Positions 1 through 9,717 of a stretch of 64,000 bases of DNA are shown here, piece by piece; positions within the stretch are counted from its first letter, which is position 1, and each line of letters begins with the position of its first letter. The DNA comes from an uncultured Bifidobacterium sp. Its GTDB lineage: Bacteria; Pseudomonadota; Gammaproteobacteria; Burkholderiales; Burkholderiaceae_D. The notes beneath the pieces were generated by a model. That model was not told the DNA's origin. It did not search any database and was given only the letters and a program-made list of their open reading frames with translations. A program made the position numbers and the translations under genes. The DNA lies in NCBI GenBank assembly GCA_964639465.1, contig CAZXDB010000004.1, forward strand, positions 29,601 to 93,600, written 5' to 3'.

Positions 1-1536
1 GCGTGCCCACTGAATCAGCGCATCCGTGGTGAGCTGTGCGCCATCGTTGAGCACCACCACTGCTTTGACGGTCTCACCTCGATAATCATCATGCGCGGCA
101 ATGATGCAACACTCGCGAATGTCGGGGTGTCGGTACATCATCGCCTCGACCTCAGCCGGCCAGACTTTGTAACCACTGGCATTGATCATGCGCTTAAGTC
201 GGTCGGTAAAAAAGAAAAATCCTTCATCGTCGACATAACCGAGGTCACCAGAGCGGAAAAATCGTTTTCCGTCGATGTCGATAAAAGCTTCTCGGGTTTT
301 CTCGTCATCACCCCAATAGCCCTGAAAAATTTGCGGTCCATGCATGATGATCTCGCCCACTTCGTTGGGCGGCAAAATCGCCTGCGTTTGCGGATCGATG
401 ACACGCGAGTCAACCGAAAAAATCGGTATCCCCAAACATTGCTGCTTGAGCTTTTGCAAGGGATTCGAATGGGTGGTCGCAATAGTCTCCGATAGCCCAT
501 AGCCTTCCATATATCGCAAGCCGGTCAACTCCAGCAATTTTTGCGCAATCGCAGCGGGCATCGCCGCACCACCGCCGGACACCCGCTTGAGGCTGCTAAT
601 GTCATAGTCGTCCAGCCGCGGATTGGAAAGGAAATCGATCATCATCGTCGGAATACTGGTCCAGCTGGTGATCCGGTACTGTGTGATCCAGCGGCCGGCA
701 AGATCGCGATCCCAGCGCGGCATGATGATCAGTGTTGCACCGGTGTAAATGGCCGCATTCATGCTGATCTGCATGCCGGTCACGTGAAACATCGGCAGAC
801 ACGCCAAGACCTGGTGATCGGGTGAGCCGCCGGCCCAGAGCGCGGCGCTGACCACCGGGAACATCATGTTGCGATGCGTATGCATGCAGCCCTTCGGACG
901 ACCCGTGGTCCCTGAAGTGTAGGGCATGCAGGCCAGATCATCCGGGCCCACCTGATGCAATGCGGGCCGCTTCTCAAAAGCGATCGCCTCGTGCCACGGC
1001 ACGAACGCCGCCTCCGGCAGGGGCAGGCGCGGGGCAGATAACCAGCCGGGCATAGGATCATCGCTGGTGCCGACATAATCTGCATAACAGGCGATGACAG
1101 CATGATCGATCAGACCTTCAGCCTGCAATGGCCTGAGTTGCGGCAGCAATTCCTGCGCAGAGAGCACGACACGCGCGCCGCTGTCGGTGACGGTATGGCG
1201 CAACTCGTCGGTCAGCAACATCGGATTGACCGGCACAACCACAGCGTCTGCGCGCAGGATCGCGTAGAAACCCATCACGAATTGCGGACAATTCTGCATA
1301 TGCAGGAGCACCCGGTCGCCGCGCCGCACACCACAGACCTGCTGAAGGTAACCCGCCAGGGCATCAACTTGAAGTATCAATTCCCGGTAGCTGATGTCGC
1401 GCCCATAAAAAATCAGGGCTGACTTCTCTGGATATCGACGGGCTGAAATCTCGAGATTGTCGTAAACGCTGGTCGCAGGCGGCGTGAGCTGATGGGGCAG
1501 GCCTGCAGGCCAGTGAGCATAATGGGCAGTATTCAT
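1..1536 (-). CDS. AMP-dependent acyl-CoA synthetase/ligase (FadD-like); C-terminus runs off the window
   Basis: Absent from the ORF track because it is open at the window edge. Hand translation of the minus strand from ATG at 1536 gives MNTAHYAHWPAGLPHQLTPPATSVYDNLEISARRYPEKSALIFYG... The AMP-binding signature YTSGTTGRPKG lies in frame at about 889-921. Confidence 0.85.
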   Translation of the reverse strand, partial: MNTAHYAHWPAGLPHQLTPPATSVYDNLEISARRYPEKSALIFYGRDISYRELILQVDALAGYLQQVCGVRRGDRVLLHMQNCPQFVMGFYAILRADAVVVPVNPMLLTDELRHTVTDSGARVVLSAQELLPQLRPLQAEGLIDHAVIACYADYVGTSDDPMPGWLSAPRLPLPEAAFVPWHEAIAFEKRPALHQVGPDDLACMPYTSGTTGRPKGCMHTHRNMMFPVVSAALWAGGSPDHQVLACLPMFHVTGMQISMNAAIYTGATLIIMPRWDRDLAGRWITQYRITSWTSIPTMMIDFLSNPRLDDYDISSLKRVSGGGAAMPAAIAQKLLELTGLRYMEGYGLSETIATTHSNPLQKLKQQCLGIPIFSVDSRVIDPQTQAILPPNEVGEIIMHGPQIFQGYWGDDEKTREAFIDIDGKRFFRSGDLGYVDDEGFFFFTDRLKRMINASGYKVWPAEVEAMMYRHPDIRECCIIAAHDDYRGETVKAVVVLNDGAQLTTDALIQWAR

Positions 1537-1680
1537 TCGATATCGCAGTCCTAACCGGGTCAGCGATTATAGGAGTCCCTCTGCCCAAGGTCCGAAAAAC
1601 CCCGTCTTTCTCAAGCCCTTTAGCGAAAAATAGTAACCTAATGACAAGCCTCGGGATAACCGCACGATTATTTATGCTGT

Positions 1681-1746
1681 GCCGCACAAAAACTGCTTGA
1701 CATGGGGTTGGAAGCCCGTAAAATTTGCTTTGTTGCGCCGCACAAA
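1681..1746 (+). repeat. 10-bp direct repeat GCCGCACAAA (1681-1690 and 1737-1746) bracketing the phasin promoter
   Basis: Two identical copies read directly in the sequence, 56 bp start to start. Confidence 0.6.
1697..1724 (+). promoter_or_regulatory. sigma70-type promoter candidate for the phasin gene
   Basis: TTGACA (1697-1702), a 16-nt spacer, then TAAAAT (1719-1724), about 70 nt upstream of the phasin ATG. Confidence 0.5.
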
Positions 1747-1792
1747 GCATCGGCGCTTATCGGAATCCACCGGAACAATAAGGAGAAACGCC

Positions 1793-2356
1793 ATGTTTAC
1801 GACCGCTGACCAGTTTTCTAACGCTACCAAAGCGTCGATCGACGCTCAAATTGCTGCAATGAACGATTTCGCCAACAAGACCCTGCACAGCATGGCGGAG
1901 TTGGTTGAGCTGAACATCGCAACGGCAAAAGCTTCACTGGAACACAGCTCTGCTGCTGCACAGCAAATTCTTTCGGCAAAAGATGCGCAAGAAGTTTTCG
2001 CGCTGACATCTTCTCAGGCTCAGCCGAATGCCGAGAAAGCACTGGCTTATGGCCGTCATGTGGCCAGCATCGCCACCCGCGCTCAGGCTGAAATTACCAA
2101 GGTGACCGAGGCTCGCATCAGCGAAACGTCACGTCAGGTCAACAAACTGATCGACGATCTGTCGAAAGCAGCACCAGCCGGTACCGAGAATGCTGTTTCC
2201 CTGCTCAAAGCCAGTGTCGCCAACGCGAATGCCGCCTACGAACAGATCGTTAAAGCCAGCAAGCATGCGGCAGAGACGATGGAAGACAGCATGAACGAAG
2301 CCGCCAAGCATTTCGTTCCGGCTACCGAGAAGCCTTCGCGCTCGAAGAAAAACTAA
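1793..2356 (+). CDS. phaP: phasin family protein (PHA granule-associated)
   Basis: The ORF runs 1679..2356. The internal ATG at 1793 is preceded by AAGGAGA. The Ala/Lys/Glu-rich sequence MFTTADQFSNATKASIDAQIAAMNDFANKTL... is typical of betaproteobacterial phasins. Confidence 0.8.
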   Translation: MFTTADQFSNATKASIDAQIAAMNDFANKTLHSMAELVELNIATAKASLEHSSAAAQQILSAKDAQEVFALTSSQAQPNAEKALAYGRHVASIATRAQAEITKVTEARISETSRQVNKLIDDLSKAAPAGTENAVSLLKASVANANAAYEQIVKASKHAAETMEDSMNEAAKHFVPATEKPSRSKKN

Positions 2357-2389
2357 GACGTCGCAGCACACCGCTGCTGTGTCGAACAC

Positions 2390-2413
2390 CATGGGCCGCT
2401 GATGCGGCCCATG
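2390..2413. terminator. GC-rich hairpin between convergent genes
   Basis: catgggccgc-tgat-gcggcccatg forms a 10-bp perfect stem. It sits between the phasin stop and the stop of the minus-strand gene. Confidence 0.5.
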
Positions 2414-4015
2414 TCATTTGTGGCGCGCACAAATCGACAAAGCAACTGCTTCGGCAATCCGAATTCCATCAATCGCGGCAGACATGATGCCGCCCGCATA
2501 ACCAGCGCCTTCGCCAGCAGGATATAGACCCACGGTATTGATACTCTGAAAATTGTCTCCCCGACGGATGCGTACCGGTGACGAGGTGCGCGTCTCGACA
2601 CCGGTCAGCACCGCGTCGTGCATCGCAAAACCACGAATCTGTTTGTCGAATGCGGGCAGCGCCTCGCGAATCGCTTCAATCGCATAGGGTGGCAATGCAG
2701 GATCGAGACTACCGAGTTTCACACCCGGTTGATAAGAAGGGAGCACGGCACCCCAGTCTTTTGACGGCCGCGCCGCAATGAAATCACCAACCAGCTGCCC
2801 GGGTGCATCGTAATTTGAGCCGCCGAGTTCGAAAGCACGAGATTCGATCGCTCGCTGAAAATCAATGCCCGCCAGCGGACTGCCGGGATAATCAGCCGGG
2901 GTAATACCCACCACAATGCCAGCATTGGCATTGCGCTCATTGCGCGAGTATTGGCTCATACCATTGGTGACCACACGCCCTGGCTCAGAGGCAGCAGCAA
3001 TCACCGTGCCACCGGGACACATGCAAAAGCTGTAAACCGAGCGTCCATTGTTTGCGTGATGAACCAGCTTGTAATCTGCCGCACCCAGGATCGGATTGCC
3101 GGCATGCACGCCAAAGCGTGCGCGGTCAATCAGTGATTGCGGATGTTCGATACGGAAACCAATGGAGAAGGGTTTGGCTTCGATATAAACGCCGGCATCA
3201 TGAACCATCTGGAAAGTGTCGCGCGCGCTGTGACCAATGGCCAGCACCACATGGTCCGCATCAATCTGCTCGCCTGTGGACAGATGCAGGCCGCGAATCG
3301 CACCGCCGACAATTTCCAGTCCGTCCACTTTCTGTTCAAATCGAAATTCACCGCCCAGAGCGATGATATCCGCGCGCATCTGCTCAATCATTTTGACTAA
3401 TCGGAAAGTGCCGATGTGGGGTTTGCTCACATACAAAATCTCCGGCGGTGCGTCAGCCTTGACAAACTCTTCCAGCACCTTGCGTCCGTAATGCCGGGGA
3501 TCACTGACTTGAGTCCATAACTTACCGTCCGAAAAAGTACCCGCACCGCCCTCGCCGAATTGCACATTGGATTCCGGATGCAGTTCGCGCTTGCGCCAGA
3601 GACCAAAGGTATCTTTGGTGCGCTCTCGCACCGGTTTACCACGCTCAATGATGATGGGTCGAAATCCGGATTGCGCAAGAATAAGTGCCGCAAACAATCC
3701 GCATGGGCCAAAGCCAATGACCACCGGACGCAGAGGAGCCTTGGCCGGTGCTTGTGCGACGAACTGGTAAGTCAGATCGGGGGTCGGTCCCAGTTTGGGC
3801 AGGCGGCGCGATAACAGTGCCGCTTCGTCGTCAACATCGACATCGACGGTATAGACCAACTGGATCGCCGATTTTTTCCGTGCATCGAAGGCGCGACGAA
3901 AAATATGTAAAGCTCGCAGGTCATCAGGACCGATCCCGAGCCGGTCGAGTACCGCTTCTTTTAATGCGTGTTCAGGATGGTCGAGCGGAAGATGTAGGTC
4001 TGTAAGTCGCAGCAT
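2414..4015 (-). CDS. FAD-dependent oxidoreductase (uncharacterized FAD-dependent dehydrogenase family)
   Basis: The ORF runs 2414..4063. The likely start is the internal M (MLRLTDLHLPLDHPE) at 4015. A dinucleotide-binding motif VVIGFGPCGLFAAL is present and the C-terminus reads PAGEGAGYAGGIMSAAIDG. Confidence 0.75.
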   Translation of the reverse strand: MLRLTDLHLPLDHPEHALKEAVLDRLGIGPDDLRALHIFRRAFDARKKSAIQLVYTVDVDVDDEAALLSRRLPKLGPTPDLTYQFVAQAPAKAPLRPVVIGFGPCGLFAALILAQSGFRPIIIERGKPVRERTKDTFGLWRKRELHPESNVQFGEGGAGTFSDGKLWTQVSDPRHYGRKVLEEFVKADAPPEILYVSKPHIGTFRLVKMIEQMRADIIALGGEFRFEQKVDGLEIVGGAIRGLHLSTGEQIDADHVVLAIGHSARDTFQMVHDAGVYIEAKPFSIGFRIEHPQSLIDRARFGVHAGNPILGAADYKLVHHANNGRSVYSFCMCPGGTVIAAASEPGRVVTNGMSQYSRNERNANAGIVVGITPADYPGSPLAGIDFQRAIESRAFELGGSNYDAPGQLVGDFIAARPSKDWGAVLPSYQPGVKLGSLDPALPPYAIEAIREALPAFDKQIRGFAMHDAVLTGVETRTSSPVRIRRGDNFQSINTVGLYPAGEGAGYAGGIMSAAIDGIRIAEAVALSICARHK

Positions 4016-4124
4016 GCGGGCAGGCCCGGTAGTGGGGGTGCAGGGCGGGCGATGAGTCCTCATCGCCGCGCAACCAGAAGGTCGCCATTGTACCCAAAGC
4101 GCCCTGCGCCAGCCTGCTCAGGGC

Positions 4125-4910
4125 TTACTGGCTGGTTCCACTGCTGCCGGGCGCGGCATCAGATGCACCGCCGGATGAACCAGACGAACCTGATCCTCCC
4201 GATCCGGCCGGGGATTCCGATCGACCTTCGCCGCCAGTGCCGGTGCCACTTTTGCCTTCACTGGTCGATTTCAGATTTTTGCGGGTGTCGGTAGCCATTT
4301 GCTGATGGCTTTCCACGGTGCCGATAATTTTGCCGGCATAGCTCTTGAGCTCGGCATCCTCTGCCTTGCTGGTAATCCGCTCAAGCAGTCGATAGGTTTC
4401 ACGATGAGCGCGCGTCCCTTCGTGCTGCATGTACTGGCGGTCAAACTTTTCACCTGAGAGTGCTGCCAGTTTTTTCTCAACCGACTGCTGCTGCCGATCC
4501 GGTTCAGTGGGCAAGGCGATGCTCTTGGACTGGGCGAGCTGACGCAGCTCGTCCTGTGCTTTGGTGTAGTCATCGACCATTTTCTTGGCGAAACTTTTCA
4601 CCTCATCGCTTTGCGCTTTGTCTTGCGCCAGCTTACCCAAGTTTATTTCCGAAAGATGTGCCTGGGCCAGTTGCTTGAGCATACGCTCATCGGATTGGCT
4701 CAGCCTAATCTCGGACGCACCGGCGGATTCGGTCGTGATCGTGGTGGTGGTGGATGACGCACCCGACGCGCCCCCTCCTTCGCTTTGCGTTGCGGATGGC
4801 TGGCCTGCGTTTTCTTGAGGATGGACGATCGGCGAATTGACCAAAAGTGCCGAGCTGACGAGTCCGAGGAAAATGCCAGCGAGGCCGGGCTTGATTTGAG
4901 GCATGGGCAT
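4125..4910 (-). CDS. DUF4142-like secreted protein with a Gly/Ser-rich C-terminal tail
   Basis: There is an N-terminal signal-like segment (GLAGIFLGLVSSALLV). The core LKQLAQAHLSEINLGKLAQDKAQSDEVKSFAKKMVDDYTKAQDEL resembles DUF4142. The tail reads GKSGTGTGGEGRSESPAGSGGSGSSGSSGG. Confidence 0.6.
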   Translation of the reverse strand: MPMPQIKPGLAGIFLGLVSSALLVNSPIVHPQENAGQPSATQSEGGGASGASSTTTTITTESAGASEIRLSQSDERMLKQLAQAHLSEINLGKLAQDKAQSDEVKSFAKKMVDDYTKAQDELRQLAQSKSIALPTEPDRQQQSVEKKLAALSGEKFDRQYMQHEGTRAHRETYRLLERITSKAEDAELKSYAGKIIGTVESHQQMATDTRKNLKSTSEGKSGTGTGGEGRSESPAGSGGSGSSGSSGGASDAAPGSSGTSQ

Positions 4911-5161
4911 ACGTTTCTCCTTGCTTATTGATGGACGAAGCCTTCAATGCATCGCAAGTCATATGCCATGGGTTTGCCGCCGCTAATGTCCGCATTTACC
5001 TTGGGTCGTGGAAGAAAAAATTACCGCTCACGAGAAAAAAATACGCGGAATTGCATGGCACTGTTTGCCAAACCGCATGCACTGCTTGTCTGGCAGGGTT
5101 CCCGCACGCTATCATCCACTGCTTTTTGCCGGCAGCCCGATTTGTTTGTGCTAGTAAGGGC

Positions 5162-5728
5162 ATGACACGAAAAAAGATTCTCATACCGACTCTTGCGCAA
5201 GCAGATACCAACCCCATGAAATCAACCCGATCCGCACCTGTCACATCACCCGCCTTACTTGCGGACAGTTCTATACGGGTTCGCCATTCCATCATCCACG
5301 GTAACGGCGTATTCGCGACAAGGAAGATTCCTGCGAGCGCGCGCATCATTGAGTACGGTGGGAAACGCATTACCGAAAATCAGGCAGAAAAACGTTTCGG
5401 CCTTGATCCAGAAAATCCTCACCACACATTCTTTTTCAGTCTGGAAAGCGGCAAACTGATCGATGGGGGTGACCAAGGGAATGATGCGCGATGGATTAAT
5501 CATTCCTGCGCGCCGAACTGCGAGGCCCAGGAAGAAAAAGGGCGGGTTTATATTCACGCATTGCGCGACATTCCCCGCGGAGAAGAGCTGTCCTATGACT
5601 ACGGGCTGGTCATCGAGGAAAAGATGACCAAAGCGCTCAAGCAAGCGTATGCGTGTCGGTGTGGGACAGCAGAGTGTCGGGGCACGATGCTTGCCCCGGC
5701 CAAAAAGTCGACAAAAAAGAAAGTCTGA
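5162..5728 (+). CDS. SET domain protein-lysine methyltransferase-like, with a post-SET Cys cluster
   Basis: The ORF runs 4928..5728. SET motifs seen are RWINHSCAPNC and GEELSYDY, and the post-SET cluster is CRCGTAECRG. The start is uncertain, at ATG 5162 or ATG 5216. Confidence 0.8.
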   Translation: MTRKKILIPTLAQADTNPMKSTRSAPVTSPALLADSSIRVRHSIIHGNGVFATRKIPASARIIEYGGKRITENQAEKRFGLDPENPHHTFFFSLESGKLIDGGDQGNDARWINHSCAPNCEAQEEKGRVYIHALRDIPRGEELSYDYGLVIEEKMTKALKQAYACRCGTAECRGTMLAPAKKSTKKKV

Positions 5729-5766
5729 TCAGCGCCAGCGCCGGGAACACAGCTCCGGCTGCGGGT

Positions 5767-6342
5767 TTACCATCGACCGTTATCCTCGCGCGCCAAATCC
5801 AGAAACTCCGTGCGCATAGCCAGGTTCGGCTGCAATTCACCCAGCATGGCCGAGGTCACCGTTTCCTCGCCTGCGGTCCGGATGCCACGGCTTTCCATAC
5901 AGAGATGACGGCAGCGGACAACGACGCCAACGGCCTTAGGTTCCAGCGTTTCCATCAACGCATTGGCGATCTGTATGGTCATGCGCTCCTGTACCTGCAA
6001 GCGCCGTGAAAAGCATTCGACCAGACGCGTCAGTTTTGACAGGCCGACGATTTTTCCGTTTGGCATATAACCCACGGTCGCCTTGCCAAAAAATGGGGCG
6101 AGGTGATGCTCACAATGGCTATAGACGGGAATATTGCGCACAACGATCAGTTCGTTGTATTGCTCTGCGCCGTCCTCAAAGGTCTTGAGCACATCGGCAG
6201 GATTTTGCTGGTAGCCGGCGGTCCAGGACATCCAGGCTTTGGCCACACGCGCCGGCGTTTCACGCAGACCGGGCCGGTCAGGGTCTTCGCCTATGCTGAC
6301 AAGAAACCGCCGCCAGTCATGTTCGGTGAATTGTTCGGACAT
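5767..6342 (-). CDS. folE: GTP cyclohydrolase I (FolE type 1)
   Basis: 191 aa. It carries the conserved YSHCEHHLAPFFGKATVGY and the QVQERMT motif. Confidence 0.9.
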   Translation of the reverse strand: MSEQFTEHDWRRFLVSIGEDPDRPGLRETPARVAKAWMSWTAGYQQNPADVLKTFEDGAEQYNELIVVRNIPVYSHCEHHLAPFFGKATVGYMPNGKIVGLSKLTRLVECFSRRLQVQERMTIQIANALMETLEPKAVGVVVRCRHLCMESRGIRTAGEETVTSAMLGELQPNLAMRTEFLDLAREDNGRW

Positions 6343-6562
6343 GCAAGTCTTTCAAAAGTAATGGGATGAATGCCAGGGCCGATCTCGCAAGCGGCAAGGC
6401 AAACTCCGACCCTGATGGACGCGCCATCCTACCCGAATTTGAAAATTCTTTTTTTGGCTCGATTATGGGGCACTTTATCCAGCCGCTTAGGTTATGCTTT
6501 ATGGCTTGTTTCATAACTGTCCAGGAATTCATTCCTCCTTTTCAGAATAGAGGCGCATTCGT

Positions 6563-7528
6563 ATGCAAATTAAGCAAAACTTTTTTTCATTTGCCGGCCT
6601 GACGCTGGCGCTCGCCGCACTGTGCGCTCCAACTCTGGCGCTGTCAGCGCCGTTCGCCTATGTGCCCAATGAGAAATCGGGCACCTTATCCGTCATCGAT
6701 ACGGAAACAGACACAGTAATTACCGAAATCAGAGCAGGTGACAAGCCTCGCGGACTGGCCGTTTCCATTGATGGCAAGACTTTGTATGTCAGTGATCAGC
6801 CCAATAATGTGCTGGTCAAAGTCAATCTGGAAGAGCGCGCTGTCGCCGGGACTATCGATCTGGGCGAATCACCTGAGGGGGTGTCCATGTCGCCCGATGG
6901 CAAATGGGTCGCGGCCGCCTCTGAAGTCAGTAACTCCGTGAATTTCATTTCGACCGAGACGGGTCGCAAAATGTTTGCCGTGAAAACCAAGGGTAAAAAC
7001 CCGGAGCACGCGGTGTTCAGTCCGGACGGCACGCTGATGTTTGTCTCGGCTGAAGAAGCCGACAGAGTGGATATCATTGATGTAAAAAAACGCAAACAGA
7101 TCGGTTCCGTAAAAGTCGGCGACCGGCCGCGCGGCATGGCATTTCGTCCTGACGGCAAGGTTGTCTACGTAGCCTCGGAGATGGCCAGCATGGTGTACGC
7201 CATTGATGTCGCTAGCCGCAAGGTTATCAAGCAAATCAAAACCGGTAATTTTTGTAATGGCGTCACCATGGCACCGGACGGCAAGCGCGTCTACGTTTCG
7301 AACGGCAAGGACGGTACCGTCTCTGCGATCGATACATCCGACAATAGCGTGATAGCGACTATCCCGGTTGGCAAGCGTCCTTGGAACATGGCGATCACCC
7401 CCGATGGCAAAAAGCTTTATGTCGCGAATGGCCGCTCCAATTCTGTGACAGTCATCGATACTGAGCAGCTGGCGCCGTCCGGCGAAATAAAAGTGGGCGA
7501 GATGCCCTGGGGCGTCGTGATTCGCTGA
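6563..7528 (+). CDS. YVTN-family beta-propeller repeat protein (type associated with PQQ-dependent catabolism)
   Basis: 321 aa with a signal peptide. Repeated units are seen: P.G.A.SPDGK.LYV.N...V.VID. Confidence 0.75.
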   Translation: MQIKQNFFSFAGLTLALAALCAPTLALSAPFAYVPNEKSGTLSVIDTETDTVITEIRAGDKPRGLAVSIDGKTLYVSDQPNNVLVKVNLEERAVAGTIDLGESPEGVSMSPDGKWVAAASEVSNSVNFISTETGRKMFAVKTKGKNPEHAVFSPDGTLMFVSAEEADRVDIIDVKKRKQIGSVKVGDRPRGMAFRPDGKVVYVASEMASMVYAIDVASRKVIKQIKTGNFCNGVTMAPDGKRVYVSNGKDGTVSAIDTSDNSVIATIPVGKRPWNMAITPDGKKLYVANGRSNSVTVIDTEQLAPSGEIKVGEMPWGVVIR

Positions 7529-7551
7529 ACCAAATTGTCGGACACCCCGTT

Positions 7552-7591
7552 AACGCCTGCCTGCTTTTTTGCTCGCAGGCGTTTTTATTTT
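7552..7591 (+). terminator. rho-independent terminator
   Basis: The stem pairs aacgcctgc with gcaggcgtt and is followed by TTTATTTT. Confidence 0.7.
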
Positions 7592-7763
7592 GCTCACCTA
7601 ATGGTCTTCTTTGAGACATTGTTGAGATCTAAAACAGCGATAGGCAGGAAACACACCATTGGTGAAAAAAATTCACTTGTGGGCAAAAGAGCGGAAACCC
7701 TATATTCCATGACCCCAATGTGTATTAATGCTGAACTTTTAAATCTTTGTTGTTAAAACATAA

Positions 7764-9119
7764 ATGAAAGTTTTGCTTGGGTCATGTGGTTCATTCCTCA
7801 GTCAACAGAAAACCAATCGGAGATTAAACTTGGCTAAATCCAACGTATTTGTGAAGAGCGTTTTGGCATCAGCAATGCTGGTGGCGTTCTCTGCATCCAG
7901 CTTTGCGAAAGACGAGAATCTGGAAAAGATCTCGGCAATGAAAAACACCGACACAGCAATCGACATCCCTACCGTTCCACAGAGCGGCAAGAATGTTGAC
8001 CAGCTCAAGGCCAACCTGAAAAAGATCAAGATGCCCGAAGGCTTCAAGATCGAACTGTACGCTGTCGTCCCTGACGCACGTTACATGGCGGTTGCTCCTT
8101 CGACCAACATGCTGTTTGTTGGCACCCGCAAGACCACCGTTTGGGCTGTGACTGACCGTAACGGCGACATGACTGCTGACGAAGTCAAGCCTTTTGCTCC
8201 TTCGATCAAATTCAAGAACCCGAACGGCGTTTGCTGGACAAAAGACGGCTTCCTGATCGTGGTTGAGTCGAACCGCGTTCTGAACTTCCCAGCGGCTGAA
8301 TACTTCTACGAAGGTCCAGACGTTGCTGTGATTACTGCCGTGCCTGAAGGCGGCCTGATTCCTGTTGAAGAGCAGTCATACAACCACACCGGCCGTGTGT
8401 GCCGCGTTGCTGACGACGGCAAGCTGTATGTGACCCTGGGTCAGCCATACAATGTTCAGCCGAAAGACAAGATTGACTTGTACGACAAAGTGGGTATTGG
8501 CGGCGTTATCCGTCTGAACCCGTTCGACGGCTCCGGCAAAGAAGTCTACGCGATGGGTATGCGTAACCCAGCTGGTATCGACATCAACCCGAAAGACAAG
8601 ACGATCTGGACGACTGACAATCAGGTCGACGGTCTGGGTGACGACGTTCCTCCGGGCGAACTGAACCGTATCACCAAGGCAGGCCAGCATTTCGGCTTCC
8701 CTTACTGGAACGGCAAGTTCAAAGTTGCTGGCTCGCCTGCAGCGCCTGAACTGAAAGACATGAAAGAGCCAGCAAACGCTGTGTTCCCACAAGTTGAGTT
8801 TCCTGCTCACCAGGCTCAGCTGGGCATGTCCTTCTACACTGGCAAGGCTTTCCCTAAGAAATACCAGGGCGGCATCTTCGTGGCATCGCACGGTTCGTGG
8901 AACCGTACCCAGCCTAGCGGCTACCTGATCAACTTCGTTCCTCTGAACGCAGACGGTACTGCTGGCAAGGCTGAGATCTTCGCTGAAGGCTTCCTGGACA
9001 AGGAAACCAAGCGCGCGATCGGCCGTCCGGTTGACGTTGCCAACATGCCCGATGGCTCGATTCTGGTTTCCGACGACTACGCTGGTGCGATCTATCGCAT
9101 CTCCTACTCGGCAAACTAA
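7764..9119 (+). CDS. PQQ-dependent sugar/sorbosone dehydrogenase family protein (soluble, secreted)
   Basis: 451 aa. The signal peptide reads VLASAMLVAFSASSFA. The motif GMRNPAGIDINPKDKTIWTTDNQVDGLGDDVPPGELNRI..GQHFGFPYW is typical of the family. The start codon is uncertain. Confidence 0.75.
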   Translation: MKVLLGSCGSFLSQQKTNRRLNLAKSNVFVKSVLASAMLVAFSASSFAKDENLEKISAMKNTDTAIDIPTVPQSGKNVDQLKANLKKIKMPEGFKIELYAVVPDARYMAVAPSTNMLFVGTRKTTVWAVTDRNGDMTADEVKPFAPSIKFKNPNGVCWTKDGFLIVVESNRVLNFPAAEYFYEGPDVAVITAVPEGGLIPVEEQSYNHTGRVCRVADDGKLYVTLGQPYNVQPKDKIDLYDKVGIGGVIRLNPFDGSGKEVYAMGMRNPAGIDINPKDKTIWTTDNQVDGLGDDVPPGELNRITKAGQHFGFPYWNGKFKVAGSPAAPELKDMKEPANAVFPQVEFPAHQAQLGMSFYTGKAFPKKYQGGIFVASHGSWNRTQPSGYLINFVPLNADGTAGKAEIFAEGFLDKETKRAIGRPVDVANMPDGSILVSDDYAGAIYRISYSAN

Positions 9120-9168
9120 GCGAGTCCTGAACACGGTCGGGCCACAAGCCTGATCGCGTTAGTGCAAG

Positions 9169-9207
9169 TCGCCTGCCACGAACATTCGTGGCAGGCGATT
9201 TTGTTTT
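9169..9207 (+). terminator. rho-independent terminator
   Basis: A 12-bp stem pairs tcgcctgccacg with cgtggcaggcga and is followed by TTTTGTTTT. Confidence 0.8.
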
Positions 9208-9251
9208 AGCCTACAGTGTCATCTTCACCCATTTTTATTCAGATTTACATC

Positions 9252-9572
9252 ATGAGATCAGTCGCACTCTTCACTACGATTCTGGCGCTGGCCAGTTTTT
9301 CCCTGCCTGCTGCTGCAGACCTGAAAGCTGGCGAAAAAGTCGCTCAAAGCTGTGTCATGTGCCATGGCGAAAATGGCCTGTCGCGGATGCCGGGTACGCC
9401 ATCGCTGGCGGGCCAATCGGACATTTACCTGGTGAGTCAGTTGCAACAATTCCGCAATGGCAAACGTCACAATGAAGTAATGAACGTGATTGCCAAGCCG
9501 ATGTCCGACGCTGATATTGACAATGTTTCGGCATGGTTCGCGCAGTTCGAAGTCGAACTCAAAAAGAAGTAA
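9252..9572 (+). CDS. class I c-type cytochrome (monoheme)
   Basis: The ORF runs 9216..9572. The ATG at 9252 gives the signal peptide MRSVALFTTILALASFSLPAAA. The heme motif CVMCH is present. Confidence 0.8.
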   Translation: MRSVALFTTILALASFSLPAAADLKAGEKVAQSCVMCHGENGLSRMPGTPSLAGQSDIYLVSQLQQFRNGKRHNEVMNVIAKPMSDADIDNVSAWFAQFEVELKKK

Positions 9573-9591
9573 GTTTCGTTTATTAAAGTCA

Positions 9592-9620
9592 AAAATCGCC
9601 TGCATTTGCAGGCGATTTTG
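9592..9620 (+). terminator. rho-independent terminator
   Basis: The stem pairs aaaatcgcctgc with gcaggcgatttt. Confidence 0.75.
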
Positions 9621-9717
9621 CATTCATGTCAGCGCTTTACGCCGGCCAAGCCGGGTTTTGACCATAGCGCCACTGTCTAGCTCTGCGCTACGTGGTCACC
9701 GGTGTTATGACTGTCCG

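Noticed and set aside
4928-5161. N-terminal 78-aa extension of the SET-domain ORF
   Set aside because: The extension is Cys- and hydrophobic-rich with no homology signal, and it overlaps the divergent promoter region of the DUF4142 gene. The internal ATGs at 5162 and 5216 give the usual bacterial SET protein size.
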